A DNA stretch of 64,000 nucleotides from an uncultured Acidobacteriaceae bacterium (lineage in GTDB: Bacteria; Acidobacteriota; Terriglobia; Terriglobales; Acidobacteriaceae), in the NCBI GenBank assembly GCA_963755765.1, contig CAVWKZ010000008.1, positions 615,695 to 679,694 on the forward strand. The letters are read 5' to 3'. Within the stretch, counting starts at the first letter, position 1. Each line of letters begins with the position of its first letter. Below, in pieces: positions 26,110 to 38,680 of this stretch. The notes beneath the pieces were generated by a model. That model was not told where the DNA came from. It ran no database searches and saw nothing but the letters and a program-made list of their open reading frames with translations. A program made the position numbers and the translations under genes.

Positions 26110-26673
26110 TTACTGCGCTCGCGAAAGATACGTGCCTTCCGCCGTGTCCACCTTGATCTTCTCGCCTTCATTGATAAACGGCGGTACCTGCACAATGAGT
26201 CCAGTTTCAGTCTTCGCCGGCTTCGTAACACTCGATGCGGTAGCACTCTTCAACCCGGGCTCGACCTCCAACACGGTCAACACGACGGTCTGCGGCAGCT
26301 CGATGCCGACCGCTTTGCCGTCAAAGAACTCCACTTTGATCTGGAGGTTCGGCGTCAAGTAATCCACGGCATCGCCAAGCGTGTCGCGGGTCAGGTGCGT
26401 CTGCTCGTAGTTCTCTGTGTTCATGAAGTAATAGTCGTCGCCATCACTGTAGAGAAACTCCATGTTCTCTTCATCCACGTTGACCTTCTCGATAGGATCG
26501 GGCGAGCGAAAACGGTGCTCGAACATGGCGCCGGTGCGCAGGTTGCGCAGCTTAGCCTGGATAAAGGCCCGCAGGTTGCCCGGGGTGCGGTGTTCGACGC
26601 TGAACACGGAGTGCAAGTCATTGTTGTGCTTGATGATCATGCCGGGACGGAGTTGGGTCGCTGGAATCGACAT
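26110..26673 (-). CDS. efp: Elongation factor P (tip residue Asn instead of Lys/Arg)
   Basis: 187 aa that aligns along its full length with E. coli EF-P, including ...VKVDTAEGTYLSRA at the C-terminus. The loop reads EHRTPGNLRAF, against [11 protein letters not shown] in E. coli. Confidence 0.95.
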   Translation of the reverse strand: MSIPATQLRPGMIIKHNNDLHSVFSVEHRTPGNLRAFIQAKLRNLRTGAMFEHRFRSPDPIEKVNVDEENMEFLYSDGDDYYFMNTENYEQTHLTRDTLGDAVDYLTPNLQIKVEFFDGKAVGIELPQTVVLTVLEVEPGLKSATASSVTKPAKTETGLIVQVPPFINEGEKIKVDTAEGTYLSRAQ

Positions 26674-26952
26674 TGCTGGTTTACATCTCCTTCACTCTGC
26701 TAGGAATTTCGGACAGCAAGGCAGGTCCGGGTTCTCCCGCGAGCCCGCTCACGGCCTGCCGGAGTGGAGGTCGCCGGGGCGTCCGCCGCACTTGGGGTCA
26801 ACATTTTATTCTACACAGGGAGACAGGGTTCTGGGAACTGGCGCATCGATGCGACCGCTAAATCCGGGCAATGCTTTCAATTGCCAATTACAAATCGCAA
26901 ATTACTAATTCTATGATTTGGGACTAAAATAGAGTCGATCGGGAGGTTCATT

Positions 26953-27243
26953 ATGCGCATTGGAAAATATCAGAGTTCTGACGGTACCAGCGGCACCGCC
27001 GTCACTTTCTTGTTGATCGGACTTGGCGTCGGCGCCGCCCTCGGTCTGTTGCTCGCTCCGAAGACGGGGCGCCAGCTGCGGAAAGATCTGCGGCGCTCCT
27101 ATGATGACGCCCTGGACACTGTGTCCGACTGGACCGACGAAGCTAAAGATCGTTTTGAGGAAGCCGTCGAAAAGGGCGCCGATTTCGCCGACGAACTCCG
27201 CGCCAAAGCTGAGCCGCTAAGCGACTTGTTGCGGCGCCCGTAA
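26953..27243 (+). CDS. YtxH domain protein
   Basis: 96 aa with a TM/Gly-zipper segment (FLLIGLGVGAALGLLLAPKTG) followed by a charged helix, as in YtxH-like stress proteins. Confidence 0.65.
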   Translation: MRIGKYQSSDGTSGTAVTFLLIGLGVGAALGLLLAPKTGRQLRKDLRRSYDDALDTVSDWTDEAKDRFEEAVEKGADFADELRAKAEPLSDLLRRP

Positions 27244-27318
27244 ACTGCGCTTGATAATTCGTCGGTCGTCGACCGACAGTCGCCGCTCGCTAGCAAAACT
27301 CGGGCGGCAAACCCCGGC

Positions 27319-28104
27319 TTACGGTCCCACCTGGGTCTCGTCCTCCAGTGTGCGCTTCTTTCTGTGCACATTGCGGATGACTACGCCCACCGAAACCCGG
27401 AAGTTGTCCTGCTTCTGCTTGCCGACAGTGGGGAAGTCCGTGGCGGTCTGAAAATAATCAGCCTTGATCCGCAGTGCGTAACGCTCGTTGATCTTGCGGT
27501 CGAGGCCCCCGCCGATAATAATCGCCCGGCCGGTGCCGATCTCCGTGAAAGATTGCCCCTGTGCGCTCGCCTCGCCCCGCGCGCCCTGATGTCCGTACAT
27601 GACTTCACCAATGGGGGTCCACATTCCATACTTGCGGCGGGCAAATTGCACGCCAAAAAGAACGTTGTACTCGCGAGTTGCCGCATTAAACGTGTATGGC
27701 GACGACGGACAGAATGGCGGGCAAGTCGGAAATGGCGCCGGCACGGCCACCGGAATCTTGGAGGTCCCAAAGTATTGGCCGCCGTCCACTATGAACCCAA
27801 TCCAATCGGTCATGTTCACATCCAAGGACGCATCCCAGCCCGCCAGCCCGGCCCAATGTCCCGCGTTGAAAAGACCGGCCTCGGCATACGTACCACCGCC
27901 AAAGAACTCGAAACGAGGAAATTGTGGCGCGGGCGGCGCGGGTTTCGCTGCTGGCGTCGGAATCGGCGCCGCGGGCTCGGCAGTTGGCGCCTGCGCCGGA
28001 GTTTGATCTGTGGTGGTGGGAGCCGGAGTTGGAGCTGGAGCCTGCGCCCACGACATCAAACAAAACGCAGCCACACCAGCCAAGACTCCCAAGTATTTCC
28101 TCAC
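27319..28104 (-). CDS. Outer-membrane beta-barrel protein with Pro/Ala-rich linker
   Basis: Signal peptide MRKYLGVLAGVAAFCLMSWAQA and a PAPTPAPT... linker. Alternating beta-strand patterns end in ...FRVSVGVVI. Confidence 0.65.
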   Translation of the reverse strand: MRKYLGVLAGVAAFCLMSWAQAPAPTPAPTTTDQTPAQAPTAEPAAPIPTPAAKPAPPAPQFPRFEFFGGGTYAEAGLFNAGHWAGLAGWDASLDVNMTDWIGFIVDGGQYFGTSKIPVAVPAPFPTCPPFCPSSPYTFNAATREYNVLFGVQFARRKYGMWTPIGEVMYGHQGARGEASAQGQSFTEIGTGRAIIIGGGLDRKINERYALRIKADYFQTATDFPTVGKQKQDNFRVSVGVVIRNVHRKKRTLEDETQVGP

Positions 28105-28176
28105 GATACCCCCTTATAAATGGTTTTGAAAGATCCAGCTTCAGCCGGACCGCTGTGAGCCAGATAAACTACGGTT

Positions 28177-28767
28177 TTACTGCGCACGCTCTACGGGTTT
28201 TCCGAAAGCCGTATTGTAGTGAAGCCGGATATCCCCGCATGTCCCCTGCTCGACCGAATAGACCATGCAGGTGTCAAAAGGACGCGAATAGACGTGTAAC
28301 GTCACCCCGCGCTGGTTCGCTTCCCGCGGATTCACCACCCGGTGCACCGGCTCTCGGGGATCGACCGCGCACGGATTGGCAACCGTCAACTCCACCGTGT
28401 TAGATGCCACCAACTGGCACGTGCCGGCCTCGGTGTCCTGAAATCCCACGTGAAAATTCTCCACCAGCAGCTTCCCGACCGGGGCCGCCATCCAGCAATT
28501 CTGGTCGCGATGATTGTGCACCGAACTGCTCTGGCCAACCTCCCAGCAGATGGCCAGCAGTTCGTAGAGATCCGTCTTATCGATCAAGTTGCGCGTGTAA
28601 TGCTGCCGGTCCCAAGTCAAATACGGGACCAGACTGGCTTCTTCGACGGGCATCTTCCAGAGCAGCGAAAGTATCTGCTCCGTCCCATCGAAAGCGGATG
28701 CGGGAAAAGCGTGCAGTTCCCGGACCAGTGCGTCAATGGAAACCCGGGGTACGGTTAGCTCACTCAT
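28177..28767 (-). CDS. Cysteine dioxygenase type I-like cupin
   Basis: The SSVHNHRDQNCWM and TLHVYSRP motifs resemble the CDO His triad pattern. Confidence 0.65.
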   Translation of the reverse strand: MSELTVPRVSIDALVRELHAFPASAFDGTEQILSLLWKMPVEEASLVPYLTWDRQHYTRNLIDKTDLYELLAICWEVGQSSSVHNHRDQNCWMAAPVGKLLVENFHVGFQDTEAGTCQLVASNTVELTVANPCAVDPREPVHRVVNPREANQRGVTLHVYSRPFDTCMVYSVEQGTCGDIRLHYNTAFGKPVERAQ

Positions 28768-28877
28768 ATGTACTCACCATCAATATCAATATCGATGTGT
28801 TCGACAAACTATTGAGTATACCGTGCCCCGCCAATGAAGCGGCCCAATGACTCGGTACAATGAATGAAATCCAATGA

Positions 28878-29543
28878 ATGAGACCCATGGATATTAAACT
28901 TACCGAGAACGAAGTCCGCGTGCTGGGATCGCTGATCGAAAAGGACATCACGACGCCGGAATACTATCCATTGTCACTGAACGCGTTGCTGAATGCCTGC
29001 AACCAGAAGTCGAATCGCGATCCGGTCATGCAGTTGGACGAAAACACCGTGCGCGATGCGCTGGAGGGTCTACAGGAGCAACGTATGGCCGGCCCCGCCC
29101 GCGGCGCCGACAGCCGCGTAACGAAATACGAGCAGCGCTTGCAGGAAGTATTCAACTTCACGCGCCCGGAGATTGCCGTCCTGTGCGTCCTGCTGCTGCG
29201 CGGTCCACAGACACCGGGCGAACTCCGCGGACGAGCCGAGCGCCTGCACCGCTTCGAAGCCCTCGAGGACGTGCAATCAGCCTTGCAAAAGTTGATGCAG
29301 CGCGAGCCGCCCCTGGCGAAGGTCCTACCCCGGCAACCAGGAACGAAAGAGTCGCGCTATGCCCACCTATTTGCCGAGAACATGGCGGAGGTCGGGACGC
29401 CGTCGCACGCCGATACGGCTCCTGAACCCGGTTCAATGGATGCGGAGCGCATAGCGCGCCTGGAAGAAGAAGTGGCTGAATTGCGGAGGGACGTTGGGGA
29501 AGTGAAGGATCAGATGGAGAGATTTCGCAGGCAGATCGAATGA
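28878..29543 (+). CDS. YceH-like protein (DUF480/UPF0502)
   Basis: LTENEVRVLGSLIEKDITTPEYYPLSLNALLNACNQKSNRDPVM is the characteristic YceH N-terminus. The C-terminus is coiled-coil. Confidence 0.8.
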   Translation: MRPMDIKLTENEVRVLGSLIEKDITTPEYYPLSLNALLNACNQKSNRDPVMQLDENTVRDALEGLQEQRMAGPARGADSRVTKYEQRLQEVFNFTRPEIAVLCVLLLRGPQTPGELRGRAERLHRFEALEDVQSALQKLMQREPPLAKVLPRQPGTKESRYAHLFAENMAEVGTPSHADTAPEPGSMDAERIARLEEEVAELRRDVGEVKDQMERFRRQIE

Positions 29544-29695
29544 GGACATCAACGTCATGATCGCTTGTGTGGGGGACGGGCGCCCCGGCCCGTCGAAGCC
29601 GAGCAAGAGCTCGGATGAGTGACCCGCAACAACTCTCGATCACCATAGAATCCGGATTCTGATTGCGCTGTTGCCGGCGGCACGCCTGCCCTACC

Positions 29696-32452
<2,757 letters not shown>

Positions 32453-32562
32453 CTATTGAATTTTCTGCTATTTAGCTAGCACCAGAGCTGTTGTTATTTT
32501 AGCACAAAAAACACTCATTTTGAGGTTGGAATCGAGAGCATAAACGGCGTTTTTTGTTGCCC

Positions 32563-33246
32563 TTAGGGACGCGGTTTCGGGTGCTCTACGGCGGCGGTGA
32601 AATGCAGGCCGTCCATCAGGTCATCTAGTTCATCTTCGCTGCCGGCGATGAAGGTGAAGGAGACGATCTGTCCTTTGGCGAGGAGAACCAGCGTGCACTG
32701 GCGCATGGTGACTTTATCGCTCAGAGGTTTGATGAAATCGGCTCGCAGCAGATGGCGCGACTCAACATCCAGCGGGTATGGATCGCCTTCGGGCTTGAAG
32801 CCTTTCGCGGTCGCGAGTTCGGTTAGCGGGCCGAGGTAGTCTTCCGGATTCTTGAGGCCGGGGTAGGCGGCGGCACTTTCGGCCGCGAACACGACGGCGG
32901 AGTTGATGGTGTCTCCGGTGGCTTCGGGGGGACGCTCGAAAACCGCCAGCAGGAGTTCTGATTTGCCGGCTTCATTTCCCTCTTTCATTTTCTGGGTGCG
33001 ATCAACCCAGCCGTAGGGAATCTGATAGCGGAATCCGAATGTGCTGTTGCGGTAGAGCTGTGCGTCTTCGTTAGGTGTCGCGGTGGGCTTGGCGGCCGGC
33101 TTCGGGACGGGCGTGGGCTTGTTTTGGGCTGGCACTGCAAAGTTTAGGCCGAGAACAAAGACGGCGATCGCGAACGGCCAGAAACGCCCGCTACAAAAAA
33201 CAGATCCTTCCCCTTCGACAAGCTCAGCGTCAGGATGAGAATTCAT
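32563..33246 (-). CDS. Hypothetical secreted protein
   Basis: TM/signal segment FWPFAIAVFVLGLNFAVPAQ followed by a Pro/Lys-rich linker. No family recognised, and the start is uncertain (GTG at 33264 or ATG at 33246). Confidence 0.5.
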   Translation of the reverse strand: MNSHPDAELVEGEGSVFCSGRFWPFAIAVFVLGLNFAVPAQNKPTPVPKPAAKPTATPNEDAQLYRNSTFGFRYQIPYGWVDRTQKMKEGNEAGKSELLLAVFERPPEATGDTINSAVVFAAESAAAYPGLKNPEDYLGPLTELATAKGFKPEGDPYPLDVESRHLLRADFIKPLSDKVTMRQCTLVLLAKGQIVSFTFIAGSEDELDDLMDGLHFTAAVEHPKPRP

Positions 33247-33267
33247 TGAGAGAACAATTGTCACTCG

Positions 33268-34425
33268 TTACTCGACGAACATGCAATCTCCGTAGGAGTA
33301 GAAGCGGTATTCGGAATCGACCGCGTGCCGGTACGCGGCCATCACTAAATCGGTTCCTCCGAGGGCGCAAACCAGCATCAGCAGGGTCGATTGCGGCAGA
33401 TGAAAGTTTGTCAGCAGCGCGTCTACGATACGAAAGCTATAGCCGGGATAGATGAACGCGTCTGCCTCGCCTCGTCCGGCTTCTATCAGATTCGCGGCGG
33501 TGCTTTCTGCTGCGTGCTTTGCTGTGTACTCCGCTGCATACTCTAATGTGCGGACGGTGGTTGTGCCTACGGCGACTACGCGACGTCCTTCGGCTTTTGC
33601 CTGGTTGATGGCCCGCGCCGCCGCCTCGGGAATCTCGTAAGACTCGCGATGCAGTTTGTGATCTTCCACTTTTTCTACTCGCACCGGCTGAAAGGTACCG
33701 AGTCCGACGTGCAGCGTAATCTCGGCGATTTCAATTCCCCGTCCACGAATCTGTTCCAGAATCTCGAGTGTGAAGTGCAGGCCGGCGGTAGGCGCGGCGA
33801 CTGACCCACTCTGGTGGGCGTAAACCGTCTGGTAACGATCGCGATCGGATGCCCGGTCGTCGCGGCTGATGTAAGGAGGAAGCGGGACGTGTCCGATGCG
33901 CTCGATGCGGGCAAAAAAATCGGGGACAGGGGCGAATCGGATGCGTCGCTCGCCGAAACTGCCGCGTTCGATGACTTCGGCTTCCAGTTCGGGCGGGTCG
34001 CCAAAGTAAAGCTTTTCGCCGATTCCGATCTTCTTTCCGGGACGCACCAGGCATTCCCAGTCGTTCGGATCTTCGTTGGGGCTATCGGCGACCTGACGAG
34101 TTAGCAAAACTTCGATCCGCCCGCGCAGAAAATCTTCTGCGGCCGGATTCTGGGGCCTTGGGGGATGGGCTCGTTGTCCACTTCGCCGACCGTAAAGTCG
34201 GGCTGGAAAAACCCTCGTATTGTTCACGACCAGCAGGTCGTCTGACCGCAGTAAGTTGGGGAATTCGCGAAACTTCCGGTCCTGCCAGCCTCCAGACTGG
34301 CGACGCAGGTGCAGCAGGCGCGATCCGGCGCGGTCTGACAGGGGCTCTTGCGCAACGCGTTCGGGCGGCAGTTCGTAATTGAAGTCCGAGACGAGCATCG
34401 GGGAGATTATAGGGTTTGCAGGCAA
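33268..34425 (-). CDS. queA: S-adenosylmethionine:tRNA ribosyltransferase-isomerase
   Basis: FNYELPPERVAQEP..R..SRLL, GHVPLPPYI, YQTVYA...GSVAAPTAGLHFT and LTNFHLP are QueA motifs. Confidence 0.95.
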   Translation of the reverse strand: MPANPIISPMLVSDFNYELPPERVAQEPLSDRAGSRLLHLRRQSGGWQDRKFREFPNLLRSDDLLVVNNTRVFPARLYGRRSGQRAHPPRPQNPAAEDFLRGRIEVLLTRQVADSPNEDPNDWECLVRPGKKIGIGEKLYFGDPPELEAEVIERGSFGERRIRFAPVPDFFARIERIGHVPLPPYISRDDRASDRDRYQTVYAHQSGSVAAPTAGLHFTLEILEQIRGRGIEIAEITLHVGLGTFQPVRVEKVEDHKLHRESYEIPEAAARAINQAKAEGRRVVAVGTTTVRTLEYAAEYTAKHAAESTAANLIEAGRGEADAFIYPGYSFRIVDALLTNFHLPQSTLLMLVCALGGTDLVMAAYRHAVDSEYRFYSYGDCMFVE

Positions 34426-34545
34426 CGAGCGAGGTCATTGTCGCTGCGCGGTATACCCCGAGAGTCCACCGCGTTTACATATTTTGACCTTCTAGTGGTT
34501 GTAAGGGTCGCGAGGCGTGCTGTAACATGGCGGCGCAGGGTTTTG

Positions 34546-35283
34546 ATGGCCAGAGATCGCCAGCATCGGGTTGCGATTGTGCAGTACGGCCGCATGCTGC
34601 ACGAAAGCGGGTTTGTTGCGGCCACGGACGGGAACCTGTCGGTCCGTCTCGACGAAACACGCCTTTTGGTGACTCCTACCTGCATAAGCAAGGGCAGGAT
34701 GCGGGCTTCCGACATGGTGATTGTGGACATGGATGGGAAGCGCCTTGCCGGCAAACGCAGAGTTTCGAGCGAAATTGGCATGCACCTGCTGATTTACCGC
34801 CTGCGCCCCGACGTTCATGGCATTGTGCACGCTCACCCGCCGACTGCTACCGGGTTTGCCGCCTCTGGTTACGACCTGAACCGGCCGCTGGTGTGCGAGG
34901 TGGTGGTTGGACTCGGCTCGATTCCGCTGGCCCGCTACGGCACGCCGGGCACTCCCGAACTGACGGACGGTCTGGAGCCCCTGATTCCGCACCATGACGC
35001 CATCCTGATGGCGAATCACGGGGTGGTGACGTTTGGGTCCTCGCTCGAGAGCGCCTACATGAAAATGGAAACGGTGGAACACTTCGCGAAGATCGCGCTG
35101 GTTACGCACCTGCTCGGGAACGAACAGCCGCTGGGCGAGAAAGAAGTGCAGAAACTCCACGAGGTACGGCACCGCTATAACGGCGGAGCCAGTCCAATTC
35201 CTCCCCGGAGGGTTGCGACTTTTCAATCAGATGATCTGCAATCGGACGACGAGCCGCAAGAAACCGCCGGCAGCAGACGCTAG
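34546..35283 (+). CDS. Class II aldolase/adducin family protein
   Basis: GFVAATDGNLSVRL, the EIGMHLLIY..RPDVHGIVHAHPP zinc His motif and ILMANHGVVTFG. I trimmed the start to the ATG at 34546. Confidence 0.85.
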   Translation: MARDRQHRVAIVQYGRMLHESGFVAATDGNLSVRLDETRLLVTPTCISKGRMRASDMVIVDMDGKRLAGKRRVSSEIGMHLLIYRLRPDVHGIVHAHPPTATGFAASGYDLNRPLVCEVVVGLGSIPLARYGTPGTPELTDGLEPLIPHHDAILMANHGVVTFGSSLESAYMKMETVEHFAKIALVTHLLGNEQPLGEKEVQKLHEVRHRYNGGASPIPPRRVATFQSDDLQSDDEPQETAGSRR

Positions 35284-35285
35284 AG

Positions 35286-37529
35286 TTATTCTCCTCCGAT
35301 GCGAAACCTCAGGCCGGCGCGAAAGTTCGCTGTCCGGGCCGGATATCCCGCCACTTCGTTGTAGTGAGCGTTAAATACATTCCCGACATTTGCGTATGCG
35401 GTGACGCGCGAAGTGATCGCGTACCATCCGCCGATGTCGATGCGGGCGTAGCCGGCGGCATGGTCGACGAGATCGTCTTCAAAATCGGAATCTGGACGTC
35501 GCCCCACAAAGCTTCCGCTTAGGTTTGCGCTCCAGCGCGTTCCCAAGTAGTTGAGAAGCATGGTCCCGGAATGCTTGGGACGGCGGAGCAAGGGATCTCC
35601 GGGGGCGTAGGGGAAAAAGCAAGGGTTTGCCGGCGTACACAGTGGATTTTCTAGTATCTGAGTCGAAGTATAGGTATAGGCGGAGTTCAGCGACAACTTC
35701 TTCCATATCCTTCCATCCACCTCAAACTCTGCTCCTTGAGCGAAGGATTGCTGCACATTGAAGAACTGGCCGAGAGTGCCGGGCAGGTGGCCCATGTATT
35801 CCACAGTATTGGTTCCGTACTCAATTTGATCGTGGAAGAGGTTATTAAAGTAGGTTGCATTCAAGACCCAGCGGCCTGCCAGAAAGTTTTGCTGCAAACC
35901 GGCTTCGAAGGCGCGCGTCCGCACCGGTAGCAGACCCTTGTTCGGAACGTAGTAGGGCAGGCCGACAAACGTTTCGGTGAAATCGGGTTCCATGTAAGCG
36001 GTCGCATAGGAGAAACGCAGCCGTGTTCCAGAGAAGATTTCTCCACCTTTCAGCACTTGCAGCATCAGCGCAACCCGAGGCACGCCGGTGTTGCCAAATG
36101 CGCTGCTGTGGACGAAACGCCCGCCCGCAATTACGGACAGTTTGCCGAGTGTGAGCTGTTGTTGCAGATATGCATCCTGATTGAGCCGCTGGCCGCTCGT
36201 TGCCGGAGGAAACTCTGGATACTCGAACGAGGCGGTCTCATTCTCGATGCGATATCCGAAGGTCGAGTGCGCCGTAATTCGGTCAGAAGTGCGCTCCGAG
36301 TAATCTCCCTGGTATTCGAATGCCACGTGGTTGATGTCGTAGTCGTAAAGGGAAGCAAAGTTATAGGCATTTCCTTCCGGACTGTTGTCGGTGTAGTGGT
36401 AGAGGTAATCGGATCCGGTGAAACGGTGTTGCCAGCCGGAGGGAGCGGCGACGTCCAGTTCGACGCTTCCGAGCAGAGTGTTGGCGTGGGCATCCCCGAC
36501 GGTCAGCGGGGTGACGAAGGGATCGCCATTGAAACTCCACGCGCCGGGAAGCCCGGTATAACTGTTGGAGTGGCGCACGCGCGCACGCACGGACACGTCA
36601 TCGCTCAGAGCGACGCCGACGTTTCCTCCCATCAACGAATCCGAGTAGGAATTGTTTATGCCCTCGCCGTTGGTGTTGAACTGGTCGCCGAAAAAGTTGT
36701 AGTCCACGTGCTGGTAGGTGCCAGCGAGAGACGCGTAACCGTTGGCGGTTCCGAAATTTCCTCCATCGGCGCCAAAACGGAGCTCGGGCACCGGGGTGCT
36801 TCCGTTGCGGGTCCACACTTGCACCACGCTGGTCATGGCATCGGAGCCATACAAGGTGCTCTGCGCGCCGCGCACAAATTCGAGGCGATCGGCTTGGGCC
36901 AGGGGGAGCGTGCCGAAGTCAAAGGTCTCGCCGGGTTCGGTGATGGCAACCCCATCAACAATCACTTTGTTGTAGGTGGACTCGCCGCCGCGGACAAACA
37001 AAGACGAGAGTCCGCCGGGTTGTCCGTAACTATTCACGACGGCGCCCGGCAGGAAGCGCATGGCATCGGCCGCTTCAATGGGACGCATTACTTCTAATTG
37101 GCTGCCGCTGAGGGTTGCAACGTCGGCGCCCGCGGCCTGGGTTGGAACCGGAGTGCGGGTTGCGGTCACGACCACGGTTTCCGCTACCGTCGCCAGGTGG
37201 AGTTTGATGATGATGACTTCGGCAGTTGAGGAAGCGTCCACGGGCACTATTTCTGCGGCGAAGCCGGGAGTCAAGACCTGGATCCGATACTCCTGGATCC
37301 GATAATCCTTCGATGCCTGGGTCGCCTGCTCGCGGAAAATCGCCAAGCCTTCGGCGGACGTTCTTAACACGTCAACCGGAGCTGCCTTCCCCAATTTCAG
37401 TAATTGCACTTGCGCGCCGGCAACGGCGGCGTCTTGAGGATCGACAACTTTGACTTTAATTTCAGCTGATGCGATGGACGTTAGACAGATGGCCAACAGA
37501 AAAGCGAGACTATAAGATAACGAAACCAC
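35286..37529 (-). CDS. TonB-dependent receptor with N-terminal carboxypeptidase-regulatory-like domain (likely corrinoid uptake, given the riboswitch)
   Basis: Plug motifs (TVVVTATRTP..., LFVRGGESTYNKVIVDGV) followed by a long beta-barrel. The start is uncertain. The GTG at 37529 is in frame. A strong AAGGAG-N6-ATG at 37542 is out of frame by one nucleotide and stops after 10 codons. Confidence 0.9.
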   Translation of the reverse strand: MVSLSYSLAFLLAICLTSIASAEIKVKVVDPQDAAVAGAQVQLLKLGKAAPVDVLRTSAEGLAIFREQATQASKDYRIQEYRIQVLTPGFAAEIVPVDASSTAEVIIIKLHLATVAETVVVTATRTPVPTQAAGADVATLSGSQLEVMRPIEAADAMRFLPGAVVNSYGQPGGLSSLFVRGGESTYNKVIVDGVAITEPGETFDFGTLPLAQADRLEFVRGAQSTLYGSDAMTSVVQVWTRNGSTPVPELRFGADGGNFGTANGYASLAGTYQHVDYNFFGDQFNTNGEGINNSYSDSLMGGNVGVALSDDVSVRARVRHSNSYTGLPGAWSFNGDPFVTPLTVGDAHANTLLGSVELDVAAPSGWQHRFTGSDYLYHYTDNSPEGNAYNFASLYDYDINHVAFEYQGDYSERTSDRITAHSTFGYRIENETASFEYPEFPPATSGQRLNQDAYLQQQLTLGKLSVIAGGRFVHSSAFGNTGVPRVALMLQVLKGGEIFSGTRLRFSYATAYMEPDFTETFVGLPYYVPNKGLLPVRTRAFEAGLQQNFLAGRWVLNATYFNNLFHDQIEYGTNTVEYMGHLPGTLGQFFNVQQSFAQGAEFEVDGRIWKKLSLNSAYTYTSTQILENPLCTPANPCFFPYAPGDPLLRRPKHSGTMLLNYLGTRWSANLSGSFVGRRPDSDFEDDLVDHAAGYARIDIGGWYAITSRVTAYANVGNVFNAHYNEVAGYPARTANFRAGLRFRIGGE

Positions 37530-37574
37530 GGGAACAGGGCATGCACGTCTCCTTTATCACGCGAAAGGGGTTGT

Positions 37575-37775
37575 GGTGGACGGTTCACGCCGGTCTCCTG
37601 GCTTCGCGAGTAAGGATGTGAGCTTTCGCTCCAGCATCCGGTTGCTACAACCGGCCTTCCCAGGGTTGATCCTTTTCAGGTATCCCCAGTGACCGGTTGC
37701 GTTGTCCTCGCTTACAGTTGCGCGGCAGCGCGGGATTTGCACCCGCTTCCCATAGCGCCAGCTTTCGCCGGCCTA
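37575..37775 (-). promoter_or_regulatory. Cobalamin (B12) riboswitch
   Basis: The minus strand contains GGGAAGCGGGTGCAAATCCCGCGCTGCCGCGCAACTGTAAGCG (the conserved core). It also contains the B12 box AAGCCAGGAGACCGGCG (37588-37606 region), directly upstream of the TonB-dependent receptor. Confidence 0.85.
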
Positions 37776-37868
37776 CGATCATGCGCGAACCTAATTTTGA
37801 GAAAGAGCAAAAACAGCAGTCCGGTAAATCTACCGGGGCGTGTGCGGCAAAGTCAAACGCTCAACCGG

Positions 37869-38624
37869 CTAGATATTGATTATGGGAAACTCTGGCGATC
37901 CTACTTCGGCTACACGCTCCTCGGCGAACCTGGTTACGCGTTCCAGAGCAGCTTGCAACTGCGCGTGAAAATCCGCCATCTTTTCATCGTCGGTGGCTTC
38001 GGCGGGAACTTGCACTTTGGCGCTAAAGCGCACCAGCGCCTTCGAAAATGGCTTGGGAATCATCAGGGCATCCCAGGTGTTCAGCACCCAGGCATCGCTG
38101 AGGGCGACGTAGAATGCCGCCATCGGGAACGCACTGGCGCGCGACAGCAGCACGGGGCCCGGCTTGGCCACGTATTTCGGGCCGCGCGGGCCGTCGATGG
38201 TGAAGGCAACCAGGTTGCCTTGTTGAAGCTGGCTTCTTAGGCCGAGCAGGGCTTCGGCGCCGGCGCGACTGCTTGATCCACGCACGGCTGCGAAGCCGAG
38301 TTTTTCAATGGTCCGAGCGATGTATTCTCCGTCGAAACTGCGGCTGACTATTACTGCAATGCCGGTCTTCCTCCACAGCCAAGCGCTGGCAAAAACGGCG
38401 CGGTGCCAGAAAGAGTAGATCACCGGCTTTTCGTAGGTCACGTCGGGTGGGGAAGGTGGCTCCTCCCACGATATTGAATAGCGTAGAGTCGGGCCGATCA
38501 GCGAAATAGCCAGATAGCTTGCCCAGCTGATGAGCCACAAGAGGATTCGTTGTCGCAACGAGAAGGGGCTGCCTTCCGAGACGGGGGGTTGCTCAGGCTC
38601 GACTGCAGCAGAAGAAGAACACAC
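37869..38624 (-). CDS. DUF374-like lysophospholipid acyltransferase family protein
   Basis: SRSFDGEYIARTIEKLGFAAVRGSSSRAGAEAL...VAFTIDGPRGPKYVAKPG matches my recollection of DUF374. Confidence 0.65.
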   Translation of the reverse strand: MCSSSAAVEPEQPPVSEGSPFSLRQRILLWLISWASYLAISLIGPTLRYSISWEEPPSPPDVTYEKPVIYSFWHRAVFASAWLWRKTGIAVIVSRSFDGEYIARTIEKLGFAAVRGSSSRAGAEALLGLRSQLQQGNLVAFTIDGPRGPKYVAKPGPVLLSRASAFPMAAFYVALSDAWVLNTWDALMIPKPFSKALVRFSAKVQVPAEATDDEKMADFHAQLQAALERVTRFAEERVAEVGSPEFPIINI

Positions 38625-38680
38625 GCGGATATTGTAGCCGGGCGGGGAAAGGTTTCACTGAAGGCTGAGAGCGCGGTTGC

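Noticed and set aside
26700-26800. GC-rich structured stretch upstream of efp containing caggtccgg, which recalls the SRP (4.5S) RNA core.
   Set aside because: The rest of the conserved SRP domain IV sequence (GGAAGGAAGCAGCC and its pairing partner) is absent. It is treated as ordinary 5' UTR or promoter region with a hairpin.
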